From: Endomicrobiales bacterium
GTDB taxonomy: Bacteria > Elusimicrobiota > Endomicrobiia > Endomicrobiales > JALOBY01
Direction: 5' to 3'
Assembly (NCBI GenBank): GCA_963796955.1
Contig: CAWCNJ010000004.1
Coordinates: forward strand, 288,001 to 352,000
Length of the DNA: 64,000 bases
The translations under genes and the position numbers were made by a program. Shown here piece by piece: positions 38,078-46,719 of this stretch. Every line of letters starts with the position of its first letter. Position 1 is the first letter of the stretch. The notes beneath the pieces were generated by a model. That model did not search any database and had not been told where the DNA came from. It worked only from the letters and a program-made list of their open reading frames with translations.

Positions 38078-39280
38078 ATGAAGGACTTAATGAAGGGTAA
38101 ATTGGATGGCCTTACTGAACAAATGACGACTTTCAGTAAGAAACTGGACGCCTTTGATGTTAAAAAAAGCAATGTAGCCCAGTTCAACAAACTGTTGATG
38201 GATGAGATGAAGTTGTTGAGTTTTGACGATTGCAGCAACGACCGTTTTGACAACACCGTCGGCGTAGTTAAAGGCTTTCGCCACGAACGCGACATGGCGC
38301 TTATTTACAACATAGATTACCCCAGCGATACCGCGGGCGAAGACCAAACGGGCGAGACCTACAAAGCCGGTGTTATCTGCGCCTTGTATTCGGCCGCGCT
38401 GATGAAAAGAACACTGCTGCCAATGACGGGCGACATAGTAGTTTGCGGCGTGCCGAGATCCGGCTGCAGCGCCTACGGAGCCAGGTACCTGTTTGACTAC
38501 TATTTAAACCAGCGGGTAAAAGACATTATGGGCATTATCTTGTGCGAGCCGACAGACCACAATGTCTACCTTGGCCACCGCGGCCATATGGAATATGAGA
38601 TAGTGGTAAAAGTAAAACTCAGCGAAACCTTCGCCGCCAACCGCGGCATAAATATGCTGGGCACCATGTTCCCGCTTATCCACGAGCTGGAAACCTTGTC
38701 TCGCAGCCTGCCCACCAGCCAGTCGCTGGGCAACTCCAGCCTGAAAATAAAAGATGTTCATTTCTGCGGCACAAAACCAAAGGGATCTGAAAACGAATTT
38801 AAAGTTATCGTAGACAGGACCTTCGGCACCGAAGAGCAGGAAGAAAATATCCTGGAGCGAGCCAAGATGATAGCCCAATCGGTATACAAAAGCGAGTGCA
38901 GCGTGCAAATTGAAACCGATATTTCCCGGGAAGACATTAAAACCCTCGCCGGCACACTCCTTCGCTCCTCTAAGCACACCAAGCCCTGGATGATAGAAAG
39001 CCACCATCCGTTCGTCGCGAATTCCATTCAGGCGCTCAACGACGCCGGCCATAAAACCGGCTGCGGCTACTGGAAAAAGAATATTACCGCCGGCTCCTAT
39101 ACCTTTAGCGAACTGGGAATACCGACCATAGGCTATGGCCCGGGCCTTGAAACCGCCACCCAGGACCTTTCCGACCCAGCCACCCTGGCCGCCATAAAGA
39201 AAGCCGTATTGGGCAACGCCATGATACTGCAGCGCAATATTGGCGTGCCGACCTTCGGCTGGAGCTCTGATGAGATCTAA
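38078..39280 (+). CDS. M20/ArgE-DapE (YgeY-like) fold protein lacking most metal ligands
   Basis: Retains CEPT...YLGHRG.ME, RG.N, DR, GIPTIGYGPG; HxD, xD, EE and the C-terminal H are missing. Confidence 0.8.
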   Translation: MKDLMKGKLDGLTEQMTTFSKKLDAFDVKKSNVAQFNKLLMDEMKLLSFDDCSNDRFDNTVGVVKGFRHERDMALIYNIDYPSDTAGEDQTGETYKAGVICALYSAALMKRTLLPMTGDIVVCGVPRSGCSAYGARYLFDYYLNQRVKDIMGIILCEPTDHNVYLGHRGHMEYEIVVKVKLSETFAANRGINMLGTMFPLIHELETLSRSLPTSQSLGNSSLKIKDVHFCGTKPKGSENEFKVIVDRTFGTEEQEENILERAKMIAQSVYKSECSVQIETDISREDIKTLAGTLLRSSKHTKPWMIESHHPFVANSIQALNDAGHKTGCGYWKKNITAGSYTFSELGIPTIGYGPGLETATQDLSDPATLAAIKKAVLGNAMILQRNIGVPTFGWSSDEI

Positions 39281-40499
39281 GGCCCCTGTAAATATACTGG
39301 TAATAAATTGCGGCAGCTCGTCGCTAAAATACCGGATAATCCGTATGCCGGAAGGGCGGGAACTTGCCGGCGGCGAGGCCATACGGGTGGGCGCGCTCAC
39401 GAACAAGCCCTCGCAGATAAACGCCTACCGGGGCGCCGAGAAACAAACCATCGTTACGCCCATGCCCGACCACGCCGCGGCATTTCGCGCCGTTATCGCG
39501 CTGCTGGACGGTTACCGGGCAAGTGATCCTGCCATAACCTACGATTGTTTCGCGCACCGGTACGTGCACCCGGGCGCGGCCTACAATAAAACGGTAAAGA
39601 TAAACGCTGCGGTTACCGCCAAACTGAAAGCGAACTTAAGCCTGGCCCCCATTCACAACAAGATATCGCTTGGCCTGATAGAAAGCTGCGCCGGGGAATT
39701 CAAAGATATTCCGCAATACGCCGTATTTGATACCACCTTCCACAAAAACATACCCGATGAATATGCCGCCTACGCCCTGCCGGAGCATTTAGTTAAAAAG
39801 TACAAACTTAAAAAAGTCGGCTTTCACGGCGTATCTCATAAATTTATCATGGAAGAGTCGTGCAGATATTTAGGCCGCGACTACGAAACGCAGAAAATAA
39901 TCAGCTGCCACCTGGGCAGCGGCGGTTCCAGTATTTGCGCCATTAGAAACGGCGTTTCTATCAACACTTCTATGGGCTTCACCCCGCTTGAAGGCTTGAT
40001 GATGAACACCCGCAGCGGCGATATGGATATAAGTGTGCTGTTCCACGTTATGGCGCAAAACAACCTTTCTGTGGCCGACGCCGAAAACCTGCTTAACTAC
40101 CAAAGCGGCGTCCTGGGCGTCTACAACACGTCGTCCGACATACGCGACGTCGCCAAACAGCGCAAGGTAGACCCAAAAGCCAATATGGTATTTGAAATGT
40201 ACGTACGGCGGGTGCGAAAGTTCATTTGTTTTTACTCCCTGATACTGCAAAAAGCAGACGTTCTTGTTTTCACCGACACCCTGGGCGTAGAAATGCCGGA
40301 ACTTCGCCAGGCCATTTGTAGCAACCTTACCGATGTCGGCATAGCGATAAACAACAAAAATAACAACGTAACAACCTACACCAATTCAGATATAACCGGC
40401 GACAGCTCGGAAGTGAAGGTTTTGGTAATACCAACCAACGAAGAACTTATGATTGCCAGAGACGCGTACAAGGAATCCCGCAATGATCTTAATAGTTGA
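39270..40499 (+). CDS. Acetate/propionate kinase family protein
   Basis: INCGSSSLKY, HRYVH, LAPIHN, FDTTFH, GFHG.SH, SMGFTPLEG..M.TRSGD, PTNEE. Confidence 0.9.
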   Translation: MRSKAPVNILVINCGSSSLKYRIIRMPEGRELAGGEAIRVGALTNKPSQINAYRGAEKQTIVTPMPDHAAAFRAVIALLDGYRASDPAITYDCFAHRYVHPGAAYNKTVKINAAVTAKLKANLSLAPIHNKISLGLIESCAGEFKDIPQYAVFDTTFHKNIPDEYAAYALPEHLVKKYKLKKVGFHGVSHKFIMEESCRYLGRDYETQKIISCHLGSGGSSICAIRNGVSINTSMGFTPLEGLMMNTRSGDMDISVLFHVMAQNNLSVADAENLLNYQSGVLGVYNTSSDIRDVAKQRKVDPKANMVFEMYVRRVRKFICFYSLILQKADVLVFTDTLGVEMPELRQAICSNLTDVGIAINNKNNNVTTYTNSDITGDSSEVKVLVIPTNEELMIARDAYKESRNDLNS

Positions 40500-41598
40500 G
40501 CCTAATAATAATACGGCCGCGATACAGATTTTCAGCGAAGAAGAGAACCGCTCTACCATCTGGCAGTACAACAACTCTGATGACGAAACAGCTCGCGCTA
40601 AAAGCCTGCACTGTATGTTAAAAGACCTCTGCGGCGGCAAAACCCCGCGCGCGGTATCATTCCGTCTACACTTCGGCCCAGTAAACGTTAAAGGCCCCGC
40701 CAGAATAGACCGCAACTTCCCTGCCAAACTTATGGATATCGCCGACGACTTCCCAATGTACATACCGCCAGCAGCCGAACTGATACGTTTTTTCCTAAAA
40801 GAGTTCCCGGAAGTACCCCAGTTCGCCTTCTTTGAGACCTCGCTCTTTTCCCATATGTCTAAAGACAACAGCCGCCTGCCGATAGACAACAAATACGTAG
40901 AAAAAGGCAACTTCACAAGGCAGGGCTTCCATGGCATATACCACGGCGCCCACGCCAAAATGTTCCCCAAAGATAAGAAAGTAATTTCCGTAGTTTTAGA
41001 CCGCCACACCACGGTCTGCGCTATAGAACAAATGGTGCCGCTTACCATAAGCCTGGGCTCTACCCCGCTTGAAGGCATAATGTCCGCCAAAAGCTGCGGT
41101 GATATAGACCCCGGCATAATAGTCTACCTTATGAAAGAACACGGTTTCTCCATGTACCAGATAGACGAGATCCTTAAAAGCCAAAGCGGTTTCTTCGGCA
41201 TGACCGGCTACAACCTCTCCATGCCGGAACTTATAACGCTCGTAAACAAAGACCAGAAAGTTAAGCAGGCCTTCGACCTTTACACCAACCAGATACTAAA
41301 ACACATCGGCGACAGCATAGGCATGCTGGGCGGCTTTGACACGTTAATATTCGCCGGCCGCTACGTAAAGCCCTTCAACCAGGTGATCTTCGACCTGCTT
41401 AAAACCATCTCCTGCATGGGCCTAAGCCTGCGGGAACACCCCTGGGACTACAAAGTAGACCTCCTGAGAATATCCTCCGACAACTCAGCCCGGCAGGTAT
41501 ACATAAACAACCTGAAAGAATCCGACATAATCCACATGGAAACCCGCCGGATCCTGGGCAACAACCGACATACAACGTCCGATCCTTGCGCAGTTTGA
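40483..41598 (+). CDS. Degenerate acetate kinase paralog
   Basis: Retains GFHG..H, TPLEG, GDIDPG, SG..G.TG; phosphate loops and catalytic residues altered. Confidence 0.75.
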   Translation: MILIVEPNNNTAAIQIFSEEENRSTIWQYNNSDDETARAKSLHCMLKDLCGGKTPRAVSFRLHFGPVNVKGPARIDRNFPAKLMDIADDFPMYIPPAAELIRFFLKEFPEVPQFAFFETSLFSHMSKDNSRLPIDNKYVEKGNFTRQGFHGIYHGAHAKMFPKDKKVISVVLDRHTTVCAIEQMVPLTISLGSTPLEGIMSAKSCGDIDPGIIVYLMKEHGFSMYQIDEILKSQSGFFGMTGYNLSMPELITLVNKDQKVKQAFDLYTNQILKHIGDSIGMLGGFDTLIFAGRYVKPFNQVIFDLLKTISCMGLSLREHPWDYKVDLLRISSDNSARQVYINNLKESDIIHMETRRILGNNRHTTSDPCAV

Positions 41599-41656
41599 GA
41601 GGGGTATGCGCTACTTCGCTAACCCATGGTATGCCACCACTATCTTTACTCCGCTA

Positions 41657-41685
41657 TTGTAAAACTATTTTCTTAGCGGTATAAT
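41657..41685 (+). promoter_or_regulatory. Candidate sigma70 promoter pointing into the accessory region
   Basis: TTGTAA-17-TATAAT. Confidence 0.5.
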
Positions 41686-41811
41686 GTGCGAGTAATAGAA
41701 CTTTATCTCCATGGGGGAGATTTGCACCACCCAAAATACAAAAAACCCTCATGAAGTAAATTTTGCTGCCAAACTATACACGGCATAGGTGCGTTGGTAT
41801 GTAAATGGGTT

Positions 41812-41837
41812 TGGGCGTTAAGTTGGCAAATTGACTC
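41812..41837 (+). repeat. Short repeat R1
   Basis: TGGGCGTTAAGTTGGCAAATTGACTC; 25/26 identical to R2. Confidence 0.85.
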
Positions 41838-42191
41838 GTCCCCTATACCACACAACTGTTTCCAAAAAGGAAACAGTTCTAATGGGCTAACTGAAAAGTA
41901 GTGTTGATTGTGTGTGTCGTTTCATTTATGCCACTACCGTAACAGCCAACCTGTAATGAATTCTTACAAGTTCATAAAGAAGTCGTCGCACGCGCGGCAA
42001 CATGTTCCAAAATAGAACAAGTTCAAATCGAAGTGTCGCTCGAGTGCTGTGAACAAGAACTTCCTGAACTTTCAACTGCCGAGAAATCCTCGGTATTTCA
42101 AAACCGGTCGGTTACTCGTGAAATCAAATTTTACAATCTTGATAGCAATGTGCAAAATTTGCACAAACTGCCGATACCAGGGGTTTTCAAT

Positions 42192-42362
42192 ATGCACAAA
42201 CACAGGGGTTTTGATATGACGTATTTCATGGGTTTCATAGGCGCGGCCATTTACCTTATCCAACATTCAAAAGGCTTCTGGCCAGCAGTCGTAGCAATCC
42301 TCAAAGCCATAGTCTGGCCGCTGATCCTAACCTATAAAGCCTTTGGCATGATGGGTATGTAG
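42192..42362 (+). CDS. Small membrane protein, 56 aa
   Basis: MHKHRGFDMTYFMGFIGAAIYLIQHSKGFWPAVVAILKAIVWPLILTYKAFGMMGM; coding status supported by its synonymous-only duplicate. Confidence 0.8.
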   Translation: MHKHRGFDMTYFMGFIGAAIYLIQHSKGFWPAVVAILKAIVWPLILTYKAFGMMGM

Positions 42363-42369
42363 AGGGGGC

Positions 42370-42395
42370 TGGGCGTTAAGTTGTCAAATTGACTC
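42370..42395 (+). repeat. Short repeat R2
   Basis: TGGGCGTTAAGTTGTCAAATTGACTC. Confidence 0.85.
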
Positions 42396-42407
42396 CGTTC
42401 CCTTATC

Positions 42408-42464
42408 GCTATAGTCTGGCCGCTGATCCTGACCTACAAGGCATTTGGCATGATGGGGATGTAA
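42408..42464 (+). repeat. 57-bp diverged duplicate of the small gene's 3' end (42306-42362)
   Basis: 50/57 identical; all 7 differences are synonymous third positions. Confidence 0.92.
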
Positions 42465-42508
42465 AGATGCAACGCATCGGATGTGAGTAAAATTATTGGG
42501 AGGAGAAT

Positions 42509-43141
42509 ATGGCAACATTGCCGTACATTACAGCTCCAGGGAACATTGAAAAAGCGCTTCATGGTATTAAAACTGCTGCTACGCCTGAACGTGTTAGCCA
42601 GGATTTTGTGAAAACGATACTTCAAATTCATGGGGGGTCGGGTGACCAGGTGACATCCTACCTGAAGAAGATTGGTTTTACAAACCAAGATGGAAGTCCA
42701 TCTGATGTTTATAAAAAATTCCGTAATCCTGCAAGTAGTGGAGCTGCTGCTTCTGAGGCCTTAAGGATAGGGTACTCATCTTTGTACAGACGTAATGAGT
42801 ATATGCATCAGCTTTCTGACGAGAAATTGAAAGGGCTAATTATAGAGGAAACTGGTCAAGGTAAAGATTCAAGCGTAGTTGGACTTGTGCTTGCTTGTAT
42901 CAAAGCAATTAAAAAGAACGCTGATTGGACACAGCCAATCAAAGGTCAGGATGAAATAAATCAACCTCTTGGTGACAAACAACTCACCAGTCAAGATATT
43001 CCCCAGCCGCCTCCACACCCTACAGGAGATTTAGGATTGAATTTGTCCTACACGATAAATCTTAACTTGCCCGCTACGTCAGATATTGCGGTTTTCAATG
43101 CAATTTTTAAAAGTCTGAAAGATAATTTACTTAGGAAATAA
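42509..43141 (+). CDS. DUF5343-like protein
   Basis: LPY...G.I.K.L..IK.A.TP, LKKIGF...DGSP...Y..FR, C-terminal LSYTINLNLPAT.D..VFNAIFKSLK. Confidence 0.75.
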   Translation: MATLPYITAPGNIEKALHGIKTAATPERVSQDFVKTILQIHGGSGDQVTSYLKKIGFTNQDGSPSDVYKKFRNPASSGAAASEALRIGYSSLYRRNEYMHQLSDEKLKGLIIEETGQGKDSSVVGLVLACIKAIKKNADWTQPIKGQDEINQPLGDKQLTSQDIPQPPPHPTGDLGLNLSYTINLNLPATSDIAVFNAIFKSLKDNLLRK

Positions 43142-43142
43142 A

Positions 43143-43733
43143 ATGACAAACACAGACGACTTCGTTCGGTCTTTTGGTATGTCGGGATTTATAATTACCA
43201 CCGAAATTAAATGTTTAGAAAAACAACTCAATATTGAACTTGGCCACACGCCGGGAACGGTTTCTCAAGACCCCCTTGAATATTATCCGCAATTCGAGCG
43301 TAGTGTTCGAAAAGAGGCTTGTGATATGGCACGTCACTACGAACTCTTTTACTGTCTCGAACAGGCGATCCGCAAACTAATTTCTGAGACGCTTGACGAG
43401 GAAAGTAAGGGCGCTGATTGGTGGGTAACTGGAAAAATACCTCCAGATATTGTGAGAGAAGTAAAAGGTCGAATCCAGAAAGAGACCGATGGCGGAGTTA
43501 CAAGACGTTCAGAAGCATTAATCGACTATACTACATTTGGTGAACTGTCAATTATAATCACATCAAACTGGAATTTGTTTGGTACTATTTTCACGAGTCG
43601 ACGTGCTGTTGAAAAGGTGATGAACAGTCTTAATATACTACGTTCGCCGATTGCGCACTGTTGCCCTTTATCTGAAGATGAAGCTGATAGACTCCATCTA
43701 ACCGTAAAGGACTGGTTTCGGATAATAGGATAA
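43143..43733 (+). CDS. Swt1-like HEPN domain protein (putative RNase)
   Basis: Y.LFY.LE..IR.LI, WW, YTTFGEL..II..NW..F, RxxxxH motif RSPIAH. Confidence 0.8.
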   Translation: MTNTDDFVRSFGMSGFIITTEIKCLEKQLNIELGHTPGTVSQDPLEYYPQFERSVRKEACDMARHYELFYCLEQAIRKLISETLDEESKGADWWVTGKIPPDIVREVKGRIQKETDGGVTRRSEALIDYTTFGELSIIITSNWNLFGTIFTSRRAVEKVMNSLNILRSPIAHCCPLSEDEADRLHLTVKDWFRIIG

Positions 43734-43751
43734 ATTCCCTTAGGGGATAAC

Positions 43752-43780
43752 GGGCTGGGGTCAGACCTCAACTATTGACA
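43752..43780 (+). repeat. Short repeat R3
   Basis: GGGCTGGGGTCAGACCTCAACTATTGACA; shares GGGCTGGG and TTGAC with R2, and CCTYAACTAWTGA with the IS-split R4. Confidence 0.55.
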
Positions 43781-43810
43781 GAGACTGACAATCTAAGACA
43801 TTCTAGATGT

Positions 43811-44437
43811 ATGACTTATCAAAAGAGGCATCCAATAATTTATCCGACATTTCATCATTACAGGTTCTGCATCAAAAAGAAAAGATGTGTCCCGGTTGAG
43901 AAAATTGAAAACCGGAACAGTGTTGAAGTTGTTTCTTTCCAAAATCCTGTAACTAATCAAAGGCCCAAAATTTACATTGTAAAACATAAATATCAGATCG
44001 TGTATGTTGGCATCACATCGCAAAGCGTGATCAATAGACTGCGCTACGGGCTAATCGCTGATGGCAAAAACGGGTATCACGGCTATCATTGGAAAACTCT
44101 TAAGGGCAAGTTCGATCTGTTGGTCTGGTGCTTCAAAAAAAATGAGAAGGAACTGGTTGAGGCGATAGAAGCTGAAATTGTATATTTGGTACGGAAGAAT
44201 ACAGACAGGTGGCCTGAGCATCAAACTGAGATACACTTCACTAACAATTACAAACAAGCGTCGTTTGTCGCAAAAAACATATACTCCATTGCCCAGAAAA
44301 AGCGCGTCGGGAAAATACGGGACGTCCTGGACTTGCCCCGGTTTAGTGGACACAGAAAAGGGTATAATATGAAGACCCTGGAGGTGTCCGATGCAAAAGA
44401 GAGACCGGATGCGTTACAATCGGGAGTTCAAGCTTGA
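43811..44437 (+). CDS. GIY-YIG-like nuclease, C-terminus altered by IS insertion
   Basis: KIYIV...IVYVGIT...NRL...EAIEAE; removing the IS restores ...IRDVLN-stop. Confidence 0.7.
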   Translation: MTYQKRHPIIYPTFHHYRFCIKKKRCVPVEKIENRNSVEVVSFQNPVTNQRPKIYIVKHKYQIVYVGITSQSVINRLRYGLIADGKNGYHGYHWKTLKGKFDLLVWCFKKNEKELVEAIEAEIVYLVRKNTDRWPEHQTEIHFTNNYKQASFVAKNIYSIAQKKRVGKIRDVLDLPRFSGHRKGYNMKTLEVSDAKERPDALQSGVQA

Positions 44438-44729
44438 AGCAGTTCGCCGGACGCAGGTAAGCGGCAAAAGTGTTGCCGAAGTAGCCCGCGAGCTTGAGTT
44501 GCCCGTACATCATCTTTACAAGTGGCGAACCGAGGTTGATAAAAAAACCACTGAAGCATTTCCCGGTGTTGGCCACAACACCCCCAACACAGAGCTAGAA
44601 GATCTTCGCCGAGAGAACAAACGCTTGCGCGAAGAGCGGGACGTTTTAAAAAAAAGCCTAATTTACTTTGCCAAGGACGCATTGAACGATTCCGGTTCAT
44701 CAGGGAACACGAACGGGACTTCAGAATAG
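44391..44729 (+). CDS. IS3 transposase OrfA
   Basis: YNREFKLEAV, VAEVARELE HTH, LRRENKRLREERDVLKK; A8G slippery site at 44648-44656. Confidence 0.93.
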   Translation: MQKRDRMRYNREFKLEAVRRTQVSGKSVAEVARELELPVHHLYKWRTEVDKKTTEAFPGVGHNTPNTELEDLRRENKRLREERDVLKKSLIYFAKDALNDSGSSGNTNGTSE

Positions 44730-45562
44730 CAACAATGTGCGATGTTCTGTCGGTTTCCAGATCCGGATATTATGCATGGAAATCGCGCGGTCAAAGCAAG
44801 CATAGCCGGACAGACACCGTATTACTGAGCAAAATTCGGGGCATTTATGATAAAAACCGGAAAGTATACGGAGCTCCCCGAATTCATGAAGCGCTGAAGT
44901 CCGAAGGTTTAAAGCTGGGACGAAAGCGCGTAGCAAGACTGATGAGAAAGAACGGTATCGTTGCAGCGCCACATCGCCGTATGCGATGGAAACGAGTGTT
45001 TAAGACAGCTATAGCAGCTGACAACCTGGTGCAACAACAGTTCAATGTTCCTGAACCAAACCGGGTCTGGGTCGCAGACATGACGACGTTCTGGACAGGT
45101 TCCGGATGGGTTCATCTGGCGGTTGTGCTAGACCTTTATTCGCGCAGGGTCGTTGGTTGGGCCATTCACGGCCAGATGACGGAGCGCCTTATAGTGAATG
45201 CCCTGGAAATGGCCATTGAGAGTCGCAGACCGACGGGGCCGTTGATTCATCACTCGGACCAGGGTAGCCAGTATAAGAGCTATGCGTTTCAGGCTAGATT
45301 AAAAGAGCATAACATTCAGATGAGCATGAGCCGCAAAGGAAATTGCTGGGACAACGCTGTTGCAGAGAGCTTCTTCAAGACATTGAAGTACGAATTACAA
45401 AACGACGCCAGATTCAATTCTCGCGAAGAAGCGAGAGCACAGTTGTTTGAGTACATCGAAATATTTTATAATCGCAAGAGAATGCACTCAACGTTGGGGT
45501 ATCTTAGCCCCACACAGTTCGAGGCAAAATTACCCGCTCTTGTGTCCACAAAAACGGGTTAA
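44648..45562 (+). CDS. IS3 transposase OrfB (DDE), reached by -1 frameshift
   Basis: VSRSGYY, YGAPRI, WVADMT, HSDQGSQY, DNAVAESFF..LK.E; the -1 frame is open from the slippery site. Confidence 0.93.
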   Translation, partial: KKKPNLLCQGRIERFRFIREHERDFRIATMCDVLSVSRSGYYAWKSRGQSKHSRTDTVLLSKIRGIYDKNRKVYGAPRIHEALKSEGLKLGRKRVARLMRKNGIVAAPHRRMRWKRVFKTAIAADNLVQQQFNVPEPNRVWVADMTTFWTGSGWVHLAVVLDLYSRRVVGWAIHGQMTERLIVNALEMAIESRRPTGPLIHHSDQGSQYKSYAFQARLKEHNIQMSMSRKGNCWDNAVAESFFKTLKYELQNDARFNSREEARAQLFEYIEIFYNRKRMHSTLGYLSPTQFEAKLPALVSTKTG

Positions 45563-45636
45563 GTCCATCCTTAACTAATGATCTATTGCCTGGGCGGGAT
45601 GTAGACAAATCGATAGCCGCAAACACAATAATTGAT

Positions 45637-46719
45637 ATGAACCTTTCAGGGATTTCTAAAAGTAGGATCATAAACCAACAGCTCTCGGGGACTAAAATTA
45701 AGACCGTGAAGGGGATTGTTGGTTGGATGGGCGCGATGCAGGCGCAGGATCTTGAGATGGCTAAATGGGCTGTTGGCGTACGGCTGCCGGGCTCTACTGC
45801 CGCGATGGTGCAAACCGCGCTGGACAATGCCGAGATCATTCGGACTCATTTGTTAAGGCCTACCTGGCACCTTGTTTCGGCGGACGACATTTACTGGTTG
45901 CTTGCTTTGACCGCGCCGCGCGTAAAGGCAAAGATACGCTCACGGCACGCCACCCTGGGGCTCTCGGAAACCGTTATCCAGAAAAGTAACGCGGTTATTG
46001 AGAATGCCCTGCGAGGCGGGAATCACTTAACGCGGGAGCAATTAGACGCCGTGCTCGAGAAAGCGAACATATCTACCGGTGAGTACCGGGACTGGCATTT
46101 TTTTCTCCGGGCGGAGCTGGACGGCATTATGTGCAGCGGCGCGTCGGTGAACGGCAAACAGACTTTCGAGCTGCTGGAGGAGCGGGTTCCAAAGACCAAG
46201 CCTCTCAGCCGGGAAGAATCTATCGCAAAGCTTGCGAAAATATATTTTACCAGCCACGGGCCTGCTACGGTGCAGGATTTTACCTGGTGGTCGGGTTTAC
46301 CGGTAAGCGATGTAAAGAGCGTGTTGGAAATGCCCGGGGCCGGGTTCGTGCCGGAAACGGTCGGCGCGCAAAAGTACTGGCACACCGGCGCCAGTACCCG
46401 TTCTTCAAGACTCAGCACGTCGGTTTACCTTCTACCGGCATTTGACGAGTTTTTTATCAGTTACGCGGACCGGAGCGCGTTATTAGTTTCCGATGTGAGA
46501 CGAAAGCTTATATCCAGCAACGGAATATTTCGGCCTATTGTACTTTTCAACGGGCAGGCCGTTGGCAAATGGAAACGGACGATAGTAAAAGATACAGTGA
46601 CCTTAGAAGTAGAATATCTCAAAAACGACGTGAAAATACCCGCAAGCCTGATCAAAGAATCAGTCGCGCGTTTTGGCGATTTTTTGAATAAAAAAATTGA
46701 GTTTATAGTGAGAAACTGA
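45637..46719 (+). CDS. HTH_42 / AlkZ-like winged-helix DNA glycosylase family protein
   Basis: MQAQD, RTHLLRPTWH.V, HGPATVQDF.WWSGL, LLPAFDE; start uncertain. Confidence 0.85.
   Translation: MNLSGISKSRIINQQLSGTKIKTVKGIVGWMGAMQAQDLEMAKWAVGVRLPGSTAAMVQTALDNAEIIRTHLLRPTWHLVSADDIYWLLALTAPRVKAKIRSRHATLGLSETVIQKSNAVIENALRGGNHLTREQLDAVLEKANISTGEYRDWHFFLRAELDGIMCSGASVNGKQTFELLEERVPKTKPLSREESIAKLAKIYFTSHGPATVQDFTWWSGLPVSDVKSVLEMPGAGFVPETVGAQKYWHTGASTRSSRLSTSVYLLPAFDEFFISYADRSALLVSDVRRKLISSNGIFRPIVLFNGQAVGKWKRTIVKDTVTLEVEYLKNDVKIPASLIKESVARFGDFLNKKIEFIVRN

Larger units (their letters stand above)
44328..45567 (+). mobile_element. IS3-family insertion sequence, 1240 bp
   Basis: TG...CA ends; 27-bp IRs at 23/27 identity (TGGACTT...GTGGACACA); 3-bp TSD TCC at 44325-44327 and 45568-45570. 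Confidence 0.96.

Noticed and set aside
42033..42191. N-terminal extension of the small membrane ORF in the ORF track
   Set aside because: No RBS or family-like sequence; the recognisable hydrophobic protein starts at ATG 42192 or 42216.
41812..42395. Integron attC sites or a CRISPR array
   Set aside because: GTTAAGT fits GTTRRRY, but there is no complementary RYYYAAC box upstream and no IntI. Only two close copies 558 bp apart and no cas genes.
42306..42464. DGR template/variable repeat pair (an Avd-related four-helix-bundle gene is nearby)
   Set aside because: Differences are not adenine-specific on either copy, all are synonymous, and there is no reverse transcriptase in the window.
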